From Octopus bimaculoides (taxonomy: Eukaryota), in assembly GCF_001194135.2 (NCBI RefSeq), contig NC_068987.1, positions 77,024,087 through 77,088,086 on the forward strand: DNA of 64,000 nt, written 5' to 3'. Shown here one piece after another: positions 63,321-64,000 of the stretch. The position numbers were made by a program, and so were the translations under genes. The first letter of the stretch is position 1; every line of letters starts with the position of its first letter. The notes beneath the pieces were generated by a model that saw only the letters and a list, made by a program, of their open reading frames with translations, made no database searches and was not told the origin of the DNA.

Positions 63321-64000
63321 GATCAATGATAATAATATTATAATAATACATAACGGCAGATTTGACAAGTTATTTCCTAATTTCCATAATTCGCCTCGTC
63401 TAATTCAACTTGACTAAACAACACAACCCCCCCCCCCAAAAAAAAATCCCCATATCACATAAAACATACGTCTGGCTCAACGTAATGACACTCATAGAAA
63501 CGCAATTAGCAATACAGGTGCTTCTTGATGTATCATCTCCATTTCAGAGAGGAATACATCATTACTGTTAGTCTTCAGCTACCTTTAATTTATATTTAAG
63601 AGACAACTGTTGTTGGTGAGGATTCTTGTGGTCTTCGTGTTGTTGTATTTATTGTTGGTGCAAATAATAATGATAATAATTATTATTTTTTTGTTGCTCA
63701 TGTTGTTATTATTCATTACTCGGTTGCTATTTCTTTATGTCTTGTTTGATGATGGAGTTGTTTTTTTGTTTTGCTTTTTTTGTTGTTGTTTTTATTCCTT
63801 CTACTAATTGACTTTTTCACCAAGGGGCATTTCCTTGTGCGCTGCAATGTTTTGTGCTCATCCCCAACTACGAATATGCACATGCACTCGCACAGAAACA
63901 GACGCACTTAAATATATATATATATATTTACTTACTTACACGTGCAAACACGTACACACGCACACATGCACGCACACATATACAAACATACATATATATA

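Overview
AT-rich animal genomic DNA from a gapped draft assembly; many N-gaps sit on (TA)n/(TG)n/(CA)n tracts. The repeat content resembles a coleoid cephalopod, probably Octopus (inference from recalled repeat sequences, not a search). No complete protein-coding gene, rRNA, true tRNA or CRISPR array is supportable, and nearly all ORFs in the supplied track are microsatellite or N-run artefacts. The window is dominated by three tRNA-derived SINE groups (here A, B, C), two more short dispersed repeats (D, R), relics of RTE, R4/Dong-like, CR1/L2-like and Penelope-like retroelements, hAT and mariner relics, a 123-bp mariner-type MITE, a ~180-bp foldback element and several minisatellites. Best observations: (1) two minimal type-I hammerhead-ribozyme-like motifs, one with an intact fold but a CUGUUGA core; (2) a SINE/LINE pair sharing a 3' tail whose stem-loop covaries; (3) a recurrent SINE-B dimer and head-to-tail, strand-biased SINE-B trains in (AAT)n; (4) unverified plus-strand exon candidates (18.5-19.5 kb, 32.1-32.5 kb, TATA plus first exon at 45.3 kb). 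Coordinates of degraded repeats are approximate.
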